A stretch of 63,933 nt of DNA, counting the filler, from Welwitschia mirabilis (taxonomy: Eukaryota), in assembly GCA_051453625.1 (NCBI GenBank). It is 5 parts of one record of this genome, joined end to end, with 100 filler letters (N's around TTAATTAATTAA, not from the genome) between each part and the next. Parts side by side here need not be neighbours in the genome. Positions count along the whole stretch, not along the records: positions 1 to 7,724 come from JBOZIK010000001.1; positions 7,825 to 24,982 come from JBOZIK010000001.1; 3 more parts are not named here. One strand, 5' to 3'. The position numbers and the translations under genes are program-made. Position 1 is the stretch's first letter, and each line of letters begins with the position of its first letter. This document shows positions 1 to 11,699 of the stretch, piece after piece. Below the pieces are notes generated by a model. The model did no database searches. It saw nothing but the letters and a program-made list of their open reading frames with translations, and was not told the DNA's origin.

Positions 1-128
1 AAAATCCTTATAATTTAACTAGAAATTACATGTTTTCATCCTTCATGAGAACTAAGATTTATCTATTAATTCACCTACAAAACAACTCAAAATACCCTAT
101 CAAATACACGTAAGTTGGTAGTGCAATA
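1..128 (-). mobile_element. 5' end of an Athila-like family LTR (minus strand, truncated by window)
   Basis: Reverse complement TATTGCACTACCAACTTACGTGTATTTGATAGGGTATTTTGAG resembles LTR starts at 61575, 29842 and 58372. AAAACAACTCAAAATACC is shared with the 7700-7724 region. Confidence 0.6.
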
Positions 129-1439
129 AATCACATATTGATTTTCATTTGGCTAAATAAAACTAGTGACCTTAGTAAGTATCATATAATACATATTAAA
201 GCTTCCAGAACATAATGAGATAGTTTTCACAAAGTTTGCTTTTTTAGAGAGGATCCAAAACTTGTGTTGTTGTTTAATTCATACACGATGTTCAATCATC
301 CCTATCATGTTAATACTTTTATGCTTCTGTAACCTGTGAATTAACCTAATTAATCACTCAATTATATAGCTCTATGCATTACCATTGGGGGCATTAAACT
401 AATAAAAATATAAGCATTGCAAATGTTGTTAAGCAAACTAAAGATAACAAAGATCAAATAAACCATCTCCTATTAATTTCATAGTTTTGCTACCATCTCC
501 CTTTACTATGAAAGCACCTACATAAGATCTTGATAACACTATTAATCAATCCATTCATCTATCATCAAATTTGATAGTCAATTACAAACCACCCAACCAA
601 TAACCTTGCTAATTAGTTATTACAAATTTATGAGGTTTAAATTTACATAACACTATTTATAAAAGAAACTTGTATTTATAATGTTTTTACATAAATAATT
701 ATCAAATATACCAATAATCTATAAAAAGATAAAAGTTTGTACTAGAAAGCTAGTGATTTTGGCTACTAAGGGATCAAGAAAATGTATGACAGTGATAACA
801 AAGGATCAAGGAAACTCCTGTTATTATTAACCATCTAGCATTTATGACAAAGAAAATTATCTTAAAACAAGTATGAAAAAAGCTTATCAACCATCTAATG
901 TTCCATAAGAGATGATACTAAGCATGGAAAACAATTATAAGATTATCATTTCACCCTAAATCTCATAACCACTTAGGATAATAGGTGAGCACTAAAATAT
1001 TCCTAATGACTCTTAATAACATCAAACTTATATCTCTCTTAAAGAAATTTCTATTAACTTGGTTAATAAATAATCATTTAATAACACAAAAAACATGGTT
1101 ACACATTGATTAAGAAACCTATGGCATTTTAAATGAGTAAATTATTAAGACAAATACATTATGAAATGTGTCACTTATTTAATGAAAACTATAGATAAAA
1201 TTTCTATTAGTCGTACATCACAAGAGACAAAATTGCAATTAGCATGCAAATTTATTATTAAAGCATGTTACACTTTGAAACAAATTTTCACCTTCCTTGT
1301 ATCATAGAACATTATGTCCCAATCATAAGGTACATAATTGGTTTGACCCCATGTTTCCATAAACCAATTTTTCTCCCTCACAAAAAACATAGTCAGTTTG
1401 ACCCTAATCCAAAATCTTAATTTTAAATTGTAAGTATCC

Positions 1440-2845
1440 CAGTTAGCCTATGCTTCTATCATGTATTCAAGATGCACATGATGCAAGCTTCAAAGTCTTT
1501 TGAAGTATGAATCACTAATAATACTAAGAAATTTGGTGATTAACATGCAAGGCATAGGTTTTCAACACACTTACAAAAATTCCATAACCCATACATAGAG
1601 CCTTTGGTCTCCCAACCAGTTATGGTGTGTGTTACAAGAACCTCTAGAGTTGAATTATCATCACTCCAATGATCTCTCTATAGTACTATAATAATCACTC
1701 CATTAGTTAAATTATGGAGTTGAAAGAGATTAGTAGGTCAGCAAAATAATGTCTCTAATCTACTATTCTCTCTTATAGAGCTCATATTCCTCTGTGCAGA
1801 CATTATATTTATATGGGAAATCGTATGTAATTGCTTCTGTGCTTTTGAGAGACACTTTATAGGGGTGTCAACCACTATAACCTAAAGGAAAAAAGGCACA
1901 GCAAATAGTAGTAAAGATTCCCTATTTTTTCATGATAAGTGTGTGTAGTCCAGATACATCCAACATCAAGCATGACTGATGATGACACCCATTTTCTATT
2001 AGATGATTCTATTTTAATTCTCAAGTGCAGAGCTTTTGCAAGTTACAGGATCTATAAATTCTAGGACTGATGTCACTCAGGAGTGGGTCTCCTTAGAACA
2101 TCAATCAATTAATGCTATATGACAAATTGGATGGACTTACAAAACCTAAAGAAATAGCCTAGTACCTATCCATCTCTTATCACATACTGAGGGAAAATGT
2201 GGGTTCTACATAATTTAAAGAAAGGACTCCAATAGTCCAAATTCATAAGAAGGTCTTCTTGTCTATAATATCATTCAAGTAAAAGCTTTTTCACATACCA
2301 CATGTTTTGTGAAATCCGAATAAGGATTGAAGCCAATGGAAGGATTCAATTTGCTACTACTATTTGAATTAATATGCTAGAAGATTCTATTGCAAATTCA
2401 ATGAGATATGCTTACAATAGCAAAGGAGATCAAAAAGTAAAGGAAAAACACTTCTGGATAATAATGAAAATTAGAACTGGGGGAAAAAAATCCATAACTT
2501 TAGTTTTACATACTAACTACTATTAGTTTGTGTTAAGGAAACATAGCTTGTACAAACAGAGAATTACACATACTACCAACCTGAAACTTTATAGTGAGAT
2601 ATTGCATTGGCAACAAAATTCAACTATGATTATAAAAACTTTTTTTCTTAAATTTATCTTTTTTCTTTGGTATGTATTAATGGGTTAAAAATTTTGAATT
2701 TTTAAGGTGTTTATTCAAATAAACGCCTTAAAAGAAACTCTTGGGTCAAGCTTGTCCCATAAACGCATTATAAATGCCTTAAGAATCTCTATATTTAAGG
2801 CGCTTATTAAAATAAATGCCTTAGAAGCCTACATTTCTAGTATTA
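1440..2845 (-). mobile_element. Degenerate CACTA (En/Spm) element remnant
   Basis: Subterminal inverted repeats TAAGGYGYTTATT..AATAAAYGCCTTA at 2700-2825. Terminus TTTCTAGTATTA (rc TAATACTAGAAA ~ CACTACTAGAAA) abuts a Gypsy RNase H end. Weak minus-strand similarity at ~1480-1600 (MYG..VLKTYA..NH..SII) to the Tnp2 C-terminal region. Confidence 0.4.
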
Positions 2846-4348
2846 TGACGATTATAGACAAACTAAAAAAACAAAATCTAGTAGCTAATGATCTTTTTAG
2901 AATTCCTTCAGATACTTCTCCTAATTCTTCTAATCAACATATTTATGATGATTTCCAGGTAAACAAATTTTCATGGTTGAACAATTTTATGAAGTATCTT
3001 CAAAACAACNNNNNNNNNNGCTCCTTAGTATGCTGATATTGTGAATTCTCTTGTCACACTTAAAACACCTTCTCATTAAAATAGAAACCAATGAAAATAT
3101 TTCTTCTATAGAATAGGTAACTACAAATGGATAGAACCACATCTATATAAGTAATGCAAAGATAAAATCATGTGCAAATGTATTCCCAAATGGGAGAAAA
3201 AAGATAGTATTCTTCTTTGTCATGGCAGAGTTTATGGAAAAGACTGCTATAAAAATCTTACATTCAAACTTCATTTATCCTCTATATTCAAAGATACCTT
3301 TAAGTTCACTAGGAAGTGTGATTCTTGCCAACAATCTAGAGGTCTTACTTGAACTCTTGACATGCCTCTTACACCTATCTTAGAATGTGAACCTTTCAAT
3401 TATTGGAGTATAAAATTTATAGGTCCTCTCAAACCTCCTTCATGTGGAAAGAATTATATCTTAGTAGTAATCATTTATGTAATAAAATGAGTCAAAGCTA
3501 TTCATACTTAGACTTATGATGTAAAAATTATTTGTCAATTTCTTAGATCAAACATCTTTCAAAGATTTTAATTTTCTAGGATTTTCATTTTTGATCAAGG
3601 TACTTACTTTATTAATACAGGCCTTAGAAAACTATTACTTTTAATTGGGATTGAACATAGAATAGCTAACTCTTATCAACCCCAATCAAATGGGGAAGCT
3701 GAAAATTCTAATTGCTAGTTCAAAAAAGTACTCTTCAAATTTTGTCACAAGTCTTAAAAACCATACGTACTTTGTCTTAATGATGTCCTTTGGAATTATC
3801 GTATGAATTGGTGTAATTCTTTAGGTTTCTCTCCTTATGAACATGTCTATAGAAAAACATGTGTGCTTCCAATTAATGTGTGTTATAATTCTTACAAAAC
3901 ATTCCATCAACTTAACCTTGCTTTTCATGCTGACAATCTTCAAGCACTCTTAACCTAATTGAGTCACCTTGATGAAAAGAGAATCTAGGCTCTCTATAGC
4001 TAACCTATAGTTAAATTCCAAGTCAAACATAAACATGATAAAAACCTTATGCATAAAGACTTTTACCTTAGTCAATATGTTCTACTCTTTAATGCTAGAG
4101 TTCATTTAATTCATAACAAACTGACTTATAGATGGTTAGATTCATATCTGATTAAGAAAATGCATTCTGATGGTTTAGTTGAGATTTCTAACCTAAAAAC
4201 TAATGAAATAATGAAGATAAATGGACAAAGTTTGAAGCATTATCAGTCACCTAATGATTGCTCTTACTTAGTAAACATGATAGAAGTAGTTGAGTTAGAG
4301 GACCCTCTTCTTGAAAAAGAGGAGTTTCTCCACTTTGTTATTGTCTAG
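2846..4348 (+). mobile_element. Degenerate Ty3/Gypsy (Athila-like) RNase H end + integrase
   Basis: IIDK..QNLVANDLFRI; CHG...CDSCQQ zinc finger; MPLTPILECEPFNYW.I.FIGP; YQPQSNGEAE; VLLFNARVHL..KL.YRW. Many stops. Confidence 0.85.
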
Positions 4349-6544
4349 ATGACTTCTTTCAAACTACTTGATCATCCTTCATGTAATCAATTCCCCATCA
4401 TTAAGATTCATTATGTTTAACAAGTGATGAATTTTTCTTTATCCAAACTTAAGGTATTCAAATACCTATGAATTATTGATTCTCATCAATTACCTCATTA
4501 GAAAAGTGCAAATACCTTTAAAAGAAAAAGAAATTATGTTTATTTTCATGGTGCTCTATCGCAAGTGCATCAGAGGAGCAGTTGACTTTAGGTTGATTCT
4601 CTTTTAGCAATGTGATATGGTAGCTATGGAGACTTCATCTAGGGGATAGTTGGTCATGATCAAGTTTTTACCTGCAAATCCCTTCTCTTAAGGTAGTGGT
4701 TGTACCTCCCTCACCATGAAGAACAGTATCTCTTGACACTTAAAGAAAGAGAAAGAAAGAAGAATGAAGATAGAAAGAACTCAAAATTTTTTTTCCATGA
4801 GTACCTTGATGAGCATCTCTTCATAATTACTTATTTCTGAATCTATCNNNNNNNNNNNNNNNNNNNNNNNNNNNNNNNNNNNNNNNNNNNNNNNNNNNNN
4901 NNNNNNNNNNNNNNNNNNNNNNNNNNNNNNNNNNNNNNNNNNNNNNNNNNNNNNNNNNNNNNNNNNNNNNNNNNNNNNNNNNNNNNNNNNNNNNNNNNNN
5001 NNNNNNNNNNNNNNNNNNNNNNNNNNNNNNNNNNNNNNNNNNNNNNNNNNNNNNNNNNNNNNNNNNNNNNNNNNNNNNNNNNNNNNNNNNNNNNNNNNNN
5101 NNNNNNNNNNNNNNNNNNNNNNNNNNNNNNNNNNNNNNNNNNNNNNNNNNNNNNNNNNNNNNNNNNNNNNNNNNNNNNNNNNNNNNNNNNNNNNNNNNNN
5201 NNNNNNNNNNNNNNNNNNNNNNNNNNNNNNNNNNNNNNNNNNNNNNNNNNNNNNNNNNNNNNNNNNNNNNNNNNNNNNNNNNNNNNNNNNNNNNNNNNNN
5301 NNNNNNNNNNNNNNNNNNNNNNNNNNNNNNNNNNNNNNNNNNNNNNNNNNNNNNNNNNNNNNNNNNNNNNNNNNNNNNNNNNNNNNNNNNNNNNNNNNNN
5401 NNNNNNNNNNNNNNNNNNNNNNNNNNNNNNNNNNNNNNNNNNNNNNNNNNNNNNNNNNNNNNNNNNNNNNNNNNNNNAAATCAAATTGCATACTCTTAAA
5501 ATTCTTATTAGATTTAATTCTTTAGTTGGGTAAAGTTATCCATCATGAACTCTATGCATTTTATAATTCAACTATTAGCCTTAGAAAATATTATGAATAT
5601 GTTAAGGCTTAATTTTTTAGCATTTCATCTTCAATTCTTAATGTGCAATTTCCAATTTTTATGTCTCTAGCATTTCATGAGCCATTTCTAGCTCAAATTT
5701 TTATTATGCCTAATTCTTATAAAGCTTTTCTAACATCCATGAGACAGCCCCATTTCCAATTCTAGATTTATCTTATGCATGTGTCTTTAAAAAAAAACCA
5801 TCATGTCATATGTCATTCTCACGATTAAGGCCATGACACTTGCTGCAATATTGTCACGGCTTATGTCATCCACATGATAAAGGACATGACCCTTAACTTT
5901 GATCCTAGTGTAATAAAAATTTTCAAGGTTTACCTTCATCATATTGGCATTTTCATAATTCCTAAGCACAATGTTAAAATTCATAAAAATTGAGTTTATA
6001 ATCAAAATGCCCTCCATTATTAAGATCCAACTTCAAAATCTAGACTCAATTAAAAATGGATAAGGCTATTATTTAATGTATCATTCCCATAATATATGGG
6101 CTGATGACTATAAATTTTATCTTGGGTTTTTTGTATGTCATGCCCTTAGTTATTGGCATGATCAAATAAATGATACATGTGTTGTGTCTCCTGTCATTCA
6201 TACAACACGACAGACAAAATCATAATAGATTTTTTATATAANNNNNNNNNNNNNNNNNNNNNNNNNNNNNNNNNNNNNNNNNNNNNNNNNNNNNNNNNNN
6301 NNNNNNNNNNNNNNNNNNNNNNNNNNNNNNNNNNNNNNNNNCCTGTCATTCATACAACACGACAGACAAAATCATAATAGATTTTTTATATAACCCTTTT
6401 TTATACCTCATTTTCCAACCAATTCTTATGCCACTTATTTCCTCTGACTTCTCTCAGTGCCTCACTCATCTTTTACATTCATTGCTATCAATTTTAAGCA
6501 ATTTAGTTATATCTCATCAAAATGAGATAATTCTTCATCTTCTC

Positions 6545-7724
6545 TGTTGCGATGTATATTTGTGCAATGTTTTACACTTCAATTCCAATCCTGTTAATTA
6601 TAATAAGATACAAAATACAACACGCTAGTATAGATGGAGTGATCTGAATGTTATAATTCCGTCGAAGTCCAATGGTATAGACAATAAAGAGTTGATTTCA
6701 AAAAAGAAATGTGTAACCTTAATCTATTGAATTAAATTGCAGTGCATGGAAATAGAATAGCAATGCAAAACTAATCTATGAAAAGAAATAGCAATGCACC
6801 TAATCTAATTAAACTCAACCTTAACGAAGGCTACTCTCATAATCTATATAATTAAAAAAACCTGTCACGAATCTAGNNNNNNNNNNNNNNNNNNNNNNNN
6901 NNNNNNNNNNNNNNNNNNNNNNNNNNNNNNNNNNNNNNNNNNNNNNNNNNNNNNNNNNNNNNNNNNNNNNNNNNNNNNNNNNNNNNNNNNNNNNNNNNNN
7001 NNNNNNNNNNNNNNNNNNNNNNNNNNNNNNNNNNNNNNNNNNNNNNNNNNNNNNNNNNNNNNNNNNNNNNNNNNNNNNNNNNNNNNNNNNNNNNNNNNNN
7101 NNNNNNNNNNNNNNNNNNNNNNNNNNAAATGGGAAAGTAAACTAACAGAAAATCATAAGAGAAACTCTAGCTAACATGCAAGGAAACGTCACAAATAACA
7201 GGCGATAAATCGGGAATACAATCTGTAAATGTATGGGATAACGGTGTCATCCTTCTTATCGTCCGGACGATGGAGGAGACGACAGAGTTTTACAATGAGT
7301 TATCTGTTTAGCTTCCAATTTAATTATCTATGATCTTCATGCAAACTGTGTTGACTGATATTGAAAATGTCATCTACTAGTGTCGTCTGGACGATGATGT
7401 GGATGATGGAGTCTGATGAGAAGATCTTCACTTCAACAACAAGTCATCTAGAAATAAGTCTGTCATATGTCCAACTAGGGTTGTCGTCTTGACTGTCATC
7501 TGGATGAAATGGGGGACGACAGTCTTCTATTCATCCTTTGTCAGTGTGATATCTTGTTGTTTGCAGGGATAATCATCTAAAAATAAAATTTATCCATATT
7601 TATATAAAATCCTCGTGAATTATCTAATAAACTGCATGTTTTTATCTTGTGCTCTTAGATTCACGATTGTCATAGGAATTAGGCATTTATCTGTTAGTTT
7701 ATCTGCAAAACAACTCAAAATACC
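6545..7724 (-). mobile_element. LTR of the Athila-like family (minus strand, gapped)
   Basis: Begins TGTTGC. 6545-6856 aligns with 52853-53163. Contains GTCRTCC/GGAYGAC motifs shared with LTRs at 29842 and 61575. Confidence 0.75.
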
Positions 7725-7768
7725 NNNNNNNNNNNNNNNNNNNNNNNNNNNNNNNNNNNNNNNNNNNN

Positions 7769-7780
7769 TTAATTAATTAA
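7769..7780. other. Artificial six-frame-stop scaffolding linker TTAATTAATTAA (also at 25027-25038, 53208-53219, 62712-62723)
   Basis: Identical 12-mer centred in ~100-bp N runs four times. Confidence 0.95.
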
Positions 7781-8499
7781 NNNNNNNNNNNNNNNNNNNN
7801 NNNNNNNNNNNNNNNNNNNNNNNNATTTCTCTTTGCATGTACCGATCTTCCTGACCTATAACCACCTTAGGAAAACTATAAAAACCCCTATTTGACATTA
7901 ATTAATCATCTTTTGACATTGGAAGATTGGTGACAAAGGCATCCAAGGAGTCAAGGGTCCATTTTGGCATAGGAGAGATCATTCTTGATGATTAGGCTAT
8001 GCTTCTAACATTAAGGAATCACTACCTTGCTGAGGTGTTTATAAGACATTCCATTTATTTAATAAAATGTCTTTCTTTTTCAATTCTTATTATTTCTCTT
8101 ATGGTTTGCATTGAAGTTTGATTAATGCTATCTTAGATTAATTTTGAATTAAATATAGGTCATAAGAGCTGATTTCGAGTGATAACAACTCAAAAACTTG
8201 GTTATCATAGGCTTGCATATCATCTCTCTTTTATTTTTGCATTGCACATTAGAATAGTTGCATTGTTAATTTCCCTTTTTGCATTACAAAAATACAAAAT
8301 TGATCACAAAGATTGGACTGAAATTAAAGTGTTTATTCTTCCTTATTTATGTGCTTGATTAGAATGTTATCTTATGTTCTCTAGACTACGACATTCATTA
8401 GTTAAACCACTCTATACTAAGCCTGGTTGTAATTCCATTATTTCAATAATTGACTACTTTTAAAGTGCAATTTAGGTGACCAACAACATTGGAAACTAT

Positions 8500-8835
8500 A
8501 CACGAGAAACTATCACATTAAGTTTTGCAAGTAAGTAAGTATAACATCAAAATTTAACAAGTAAGAAAGTGTAACACTAAGCTCTATAGATAAGCAAGTA
8601 TGATGTTAGACTTTGACCGGTGAGGAATAATGACATTGAAATATTACTTAGTAGCCAAATGTAACATTATCTTATTAGACAACCAATCATAACACCAACA
8701 CTTTAGATAGTATCCAATAATCATGTCATCCTATTAGATAACTCACTATAATATTGGTATCTTACCTGATAGCCAACTATCATGTTAACTTATTAGACAA
8801 CCAATTACAATGTCATCTTCTTACCTAGTAGCCAA
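8500..8835. repeat. Degenerate tandem array (~29-30 bp subunits, ~59 bp higher-order period)
   Basis: CYTATTAGAYAACYMA recurs at ~8671, 8730 and 8788; TAGCCAA and AAGTRTRAC motifs recur at ~30 bp spacing. Confidence 0.6.
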
Positions 8836-11699
8836 ATTTTATACGTGGTTAATCCTAAGTTAAGTCCTCTTATCTTAGATTAGATTAGTTATGAAAAAGT
8901 GATCCATTAATTAAGTAAATTATGATTAAGTAAACTATGGTTAGGTTAAAGTTGGGTTAATTTAACACTAGGTTTATATTATTAAATATGGTATGTGAGC
9001 CTTTATTTTATATACTTTTCATGTTTATTAAGAAAGTTCATCTCCTTTATAACCTTTATATGTCTCTTGTTTGCTTATGATGTACCTCGTTGTTGTTTTT
9101 AAAACTTTTTACTATTTGATGTACTTTAATGGGAACTTCCTCTTAGTTGTACGTCCTCATTTATATGTTTTAATGAAAATGAAGATCTTTTTGTGAGCAT
9201 TAGTTTACTATCTCTTAAATGACCTTGGTACCAACTATAGTGTTTCACTTTCTTGATTTATGATTAGCATAAGAAAAGAATACATATAATATGTATGAAA
9301 GGAAACACACATTCATAAGCAAAATATAGAAAGATTAGTAAAGGAATGGTAATTTCATTATTGACATGGAGAAGTTTCTAATACATCCTTAATAAGTAGA
9401 TAATTCATAAAGGAAAACTTGAAATCATGGTTAAAGTTTAAGAAACACACTACAATGTTAGCCAATTCTCCTAGAATCCTTATGGATTAGTCAACATTTT
9501 TGTTGGTTACATCTACTTAACCTATTCACCCCTACATTACATCATGTTTCTTTTATGATCATCTAAGAGTTACAATTTGAAGGGTTATAATGTTTAGCTA
9601 AAACAAAACAATTCTTAGATAATGGCTAAAGGGAGTTATTTTATACAAAACTGATAATAAGATAATAGTTATCTTAGGGATAGGTAACTTGATTTATGAC
9701 ACTCATGGTATAATGTTTTTTCTATTTCTCATTATTTCATTAAGTTTATCCTCAAGTAATAAATTCAAAACACTAAAAACATACTAAGTGACATTGTTGA
9801 TATGTAGCTTATGATAATTAGATCACATAGACATCATCAAAGTGTATACAGCTCATGTTATAGCAATTAGTATAATAGTGTAACTTAGATAATATTTCTT
9901 TTAATGATGGATATAAGATCTTATAAAAAAAAAAGAACTTATAAATAAAGGAATAATCATTTCTGTAATAATAGAGTAAAGGAACATTTAACCAAGAAAT
10001 TAAAACTTACATAAGGAAATAGTTTATATAAGCAAATAACGTATACCAAAATAATATTATGATGGAATTACGAAGAATAAGAAATAATATATCAAGGGAA
10101 GGGAAATAGTTATTTCATTAAGCAATACAGAGATATAAAAACAGGCTATAAATAGAGATGAGGAGAAATCTTTAAGGACCTCACCTCAACAACATGATCC
10201 TTTCAAATAAAATAAATATAAGAAGGAGCAAGGTAAGAATGAGAAATAAAATAAAATAAAACCAATGAATTTCAACTATAGATAACTCAAGATAAAACAA
10301 TATATAACATAATAAAATGTTACTTTACAAACATTTAAAATAAAAAATTTAAAGTATGAACCAAAGCAATAAGTCATGTGTCACTTCATTACGTATCATG
10401 TATTACTTAAGTAGTTTATTTAATTAACTTTTAAATAATTAAAGAGGTCACAAAAATTAAGAGTTTATAGTTAAAATTACTTCTACGTTATTGAGAATCT
10501 TAATTTATAATAGTTACATCTAACTAAAACAACACAATTCTATTATTAGTTTTCTAATAGATTTGGTTGTAAAGAGCACTAGATCAATTTGAAGTGAGCT
10601 ATAAAAGATATGTTCCACAGTGTAATAACCAATGTGTAGTTTACCTCATACAAAATCTAGCATTTCACTTTAGACACAAACACATAGATGTGCAGTACTA
10701 TTTCCTATGGTTGGACTTGGAATGTGGAGATATAAAGGTGAAGATAACAAGAATCTAACAAGCACGATGACCAAAGTTCTTACGTAAAAATATCAAATGT
10801 GTAGGAGGCATTGTAGACCAGAAGTACAAAGGAATTACAAAAATGTGAAAGTTCTAGAACTATTTTGAAGGCTACATGTTGTTTTCTTTTTCAAGTGGAA
10901 AATTATTACGCATGAAGCCAAATCATATGCTATTTTAATCCCACTTATCTTTAAGATATTGTAAGAGTTTTCACCCCTTGCTTAAGATAAGTACTAATTT
11001 TATAACAGGTTTAAAGTTAGTGGTTGGTTAGATGTCAAACTTAGCTTCTATACTATCAATGATTCCTTGCATACTTTTGAATCCTAAAACCATGTGTCGT
11101 AATCCTAACCTTTGTCAAAAACCACCATAAATCTTAGTGTTATAATCTTTGGGTCTCTTCTACTTAAAACTTCATAGTAGTAAGGAAGAGAGAAAGAGAA
11201 GGCTTTCTTGACAATGTTTTGTTTTCTTACTTCTTGTAATTTTAGGTTATGTAGGAGTAAAAAGAAGAGCTTTGCATTGTTTTATCACGGATGTGGGTTA
11301 TGCATTGTTTGATCGTGGATGTGGGTTATGCGTTGTGATTGAACTACGTCATCTATGTGTTCTTTTCCTTTTGCTGCTTCTTTATGTTTCACACTTTATT
11401 TGATATGTTATTTATGAAACACGTCTTTAGCTTTTTCTTTATTTTCTACAGTTTACCTGATATGTTGTCCATGACACACGTCTTTTCTAATTTCTTGCAA
11501 GATCTCCATCCACCTTCTGTTTCTCCTAGAAATTTTATTTTATCTTTTTTAAATGAAATTTATTATTTTTAGTGGTTTTATATGATACAACAGAATGTTT
11601 GCTCTTATTTAAGTAGTGACACAATTTTTGGAAAAGGACAGCCGTAGATTCAAATAACTTTTGAAAATTCAATTTTTTTTTAGTTCGGTGGTCTCTGGT

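Noticed and set aside
6190..6393. Near-identical direct repeats flanking N gaps (also 41160/41289, 56722/57211, 58128/58311)
   Set aside because: Typical unmerged contig-end overlaps (assembly artefact).
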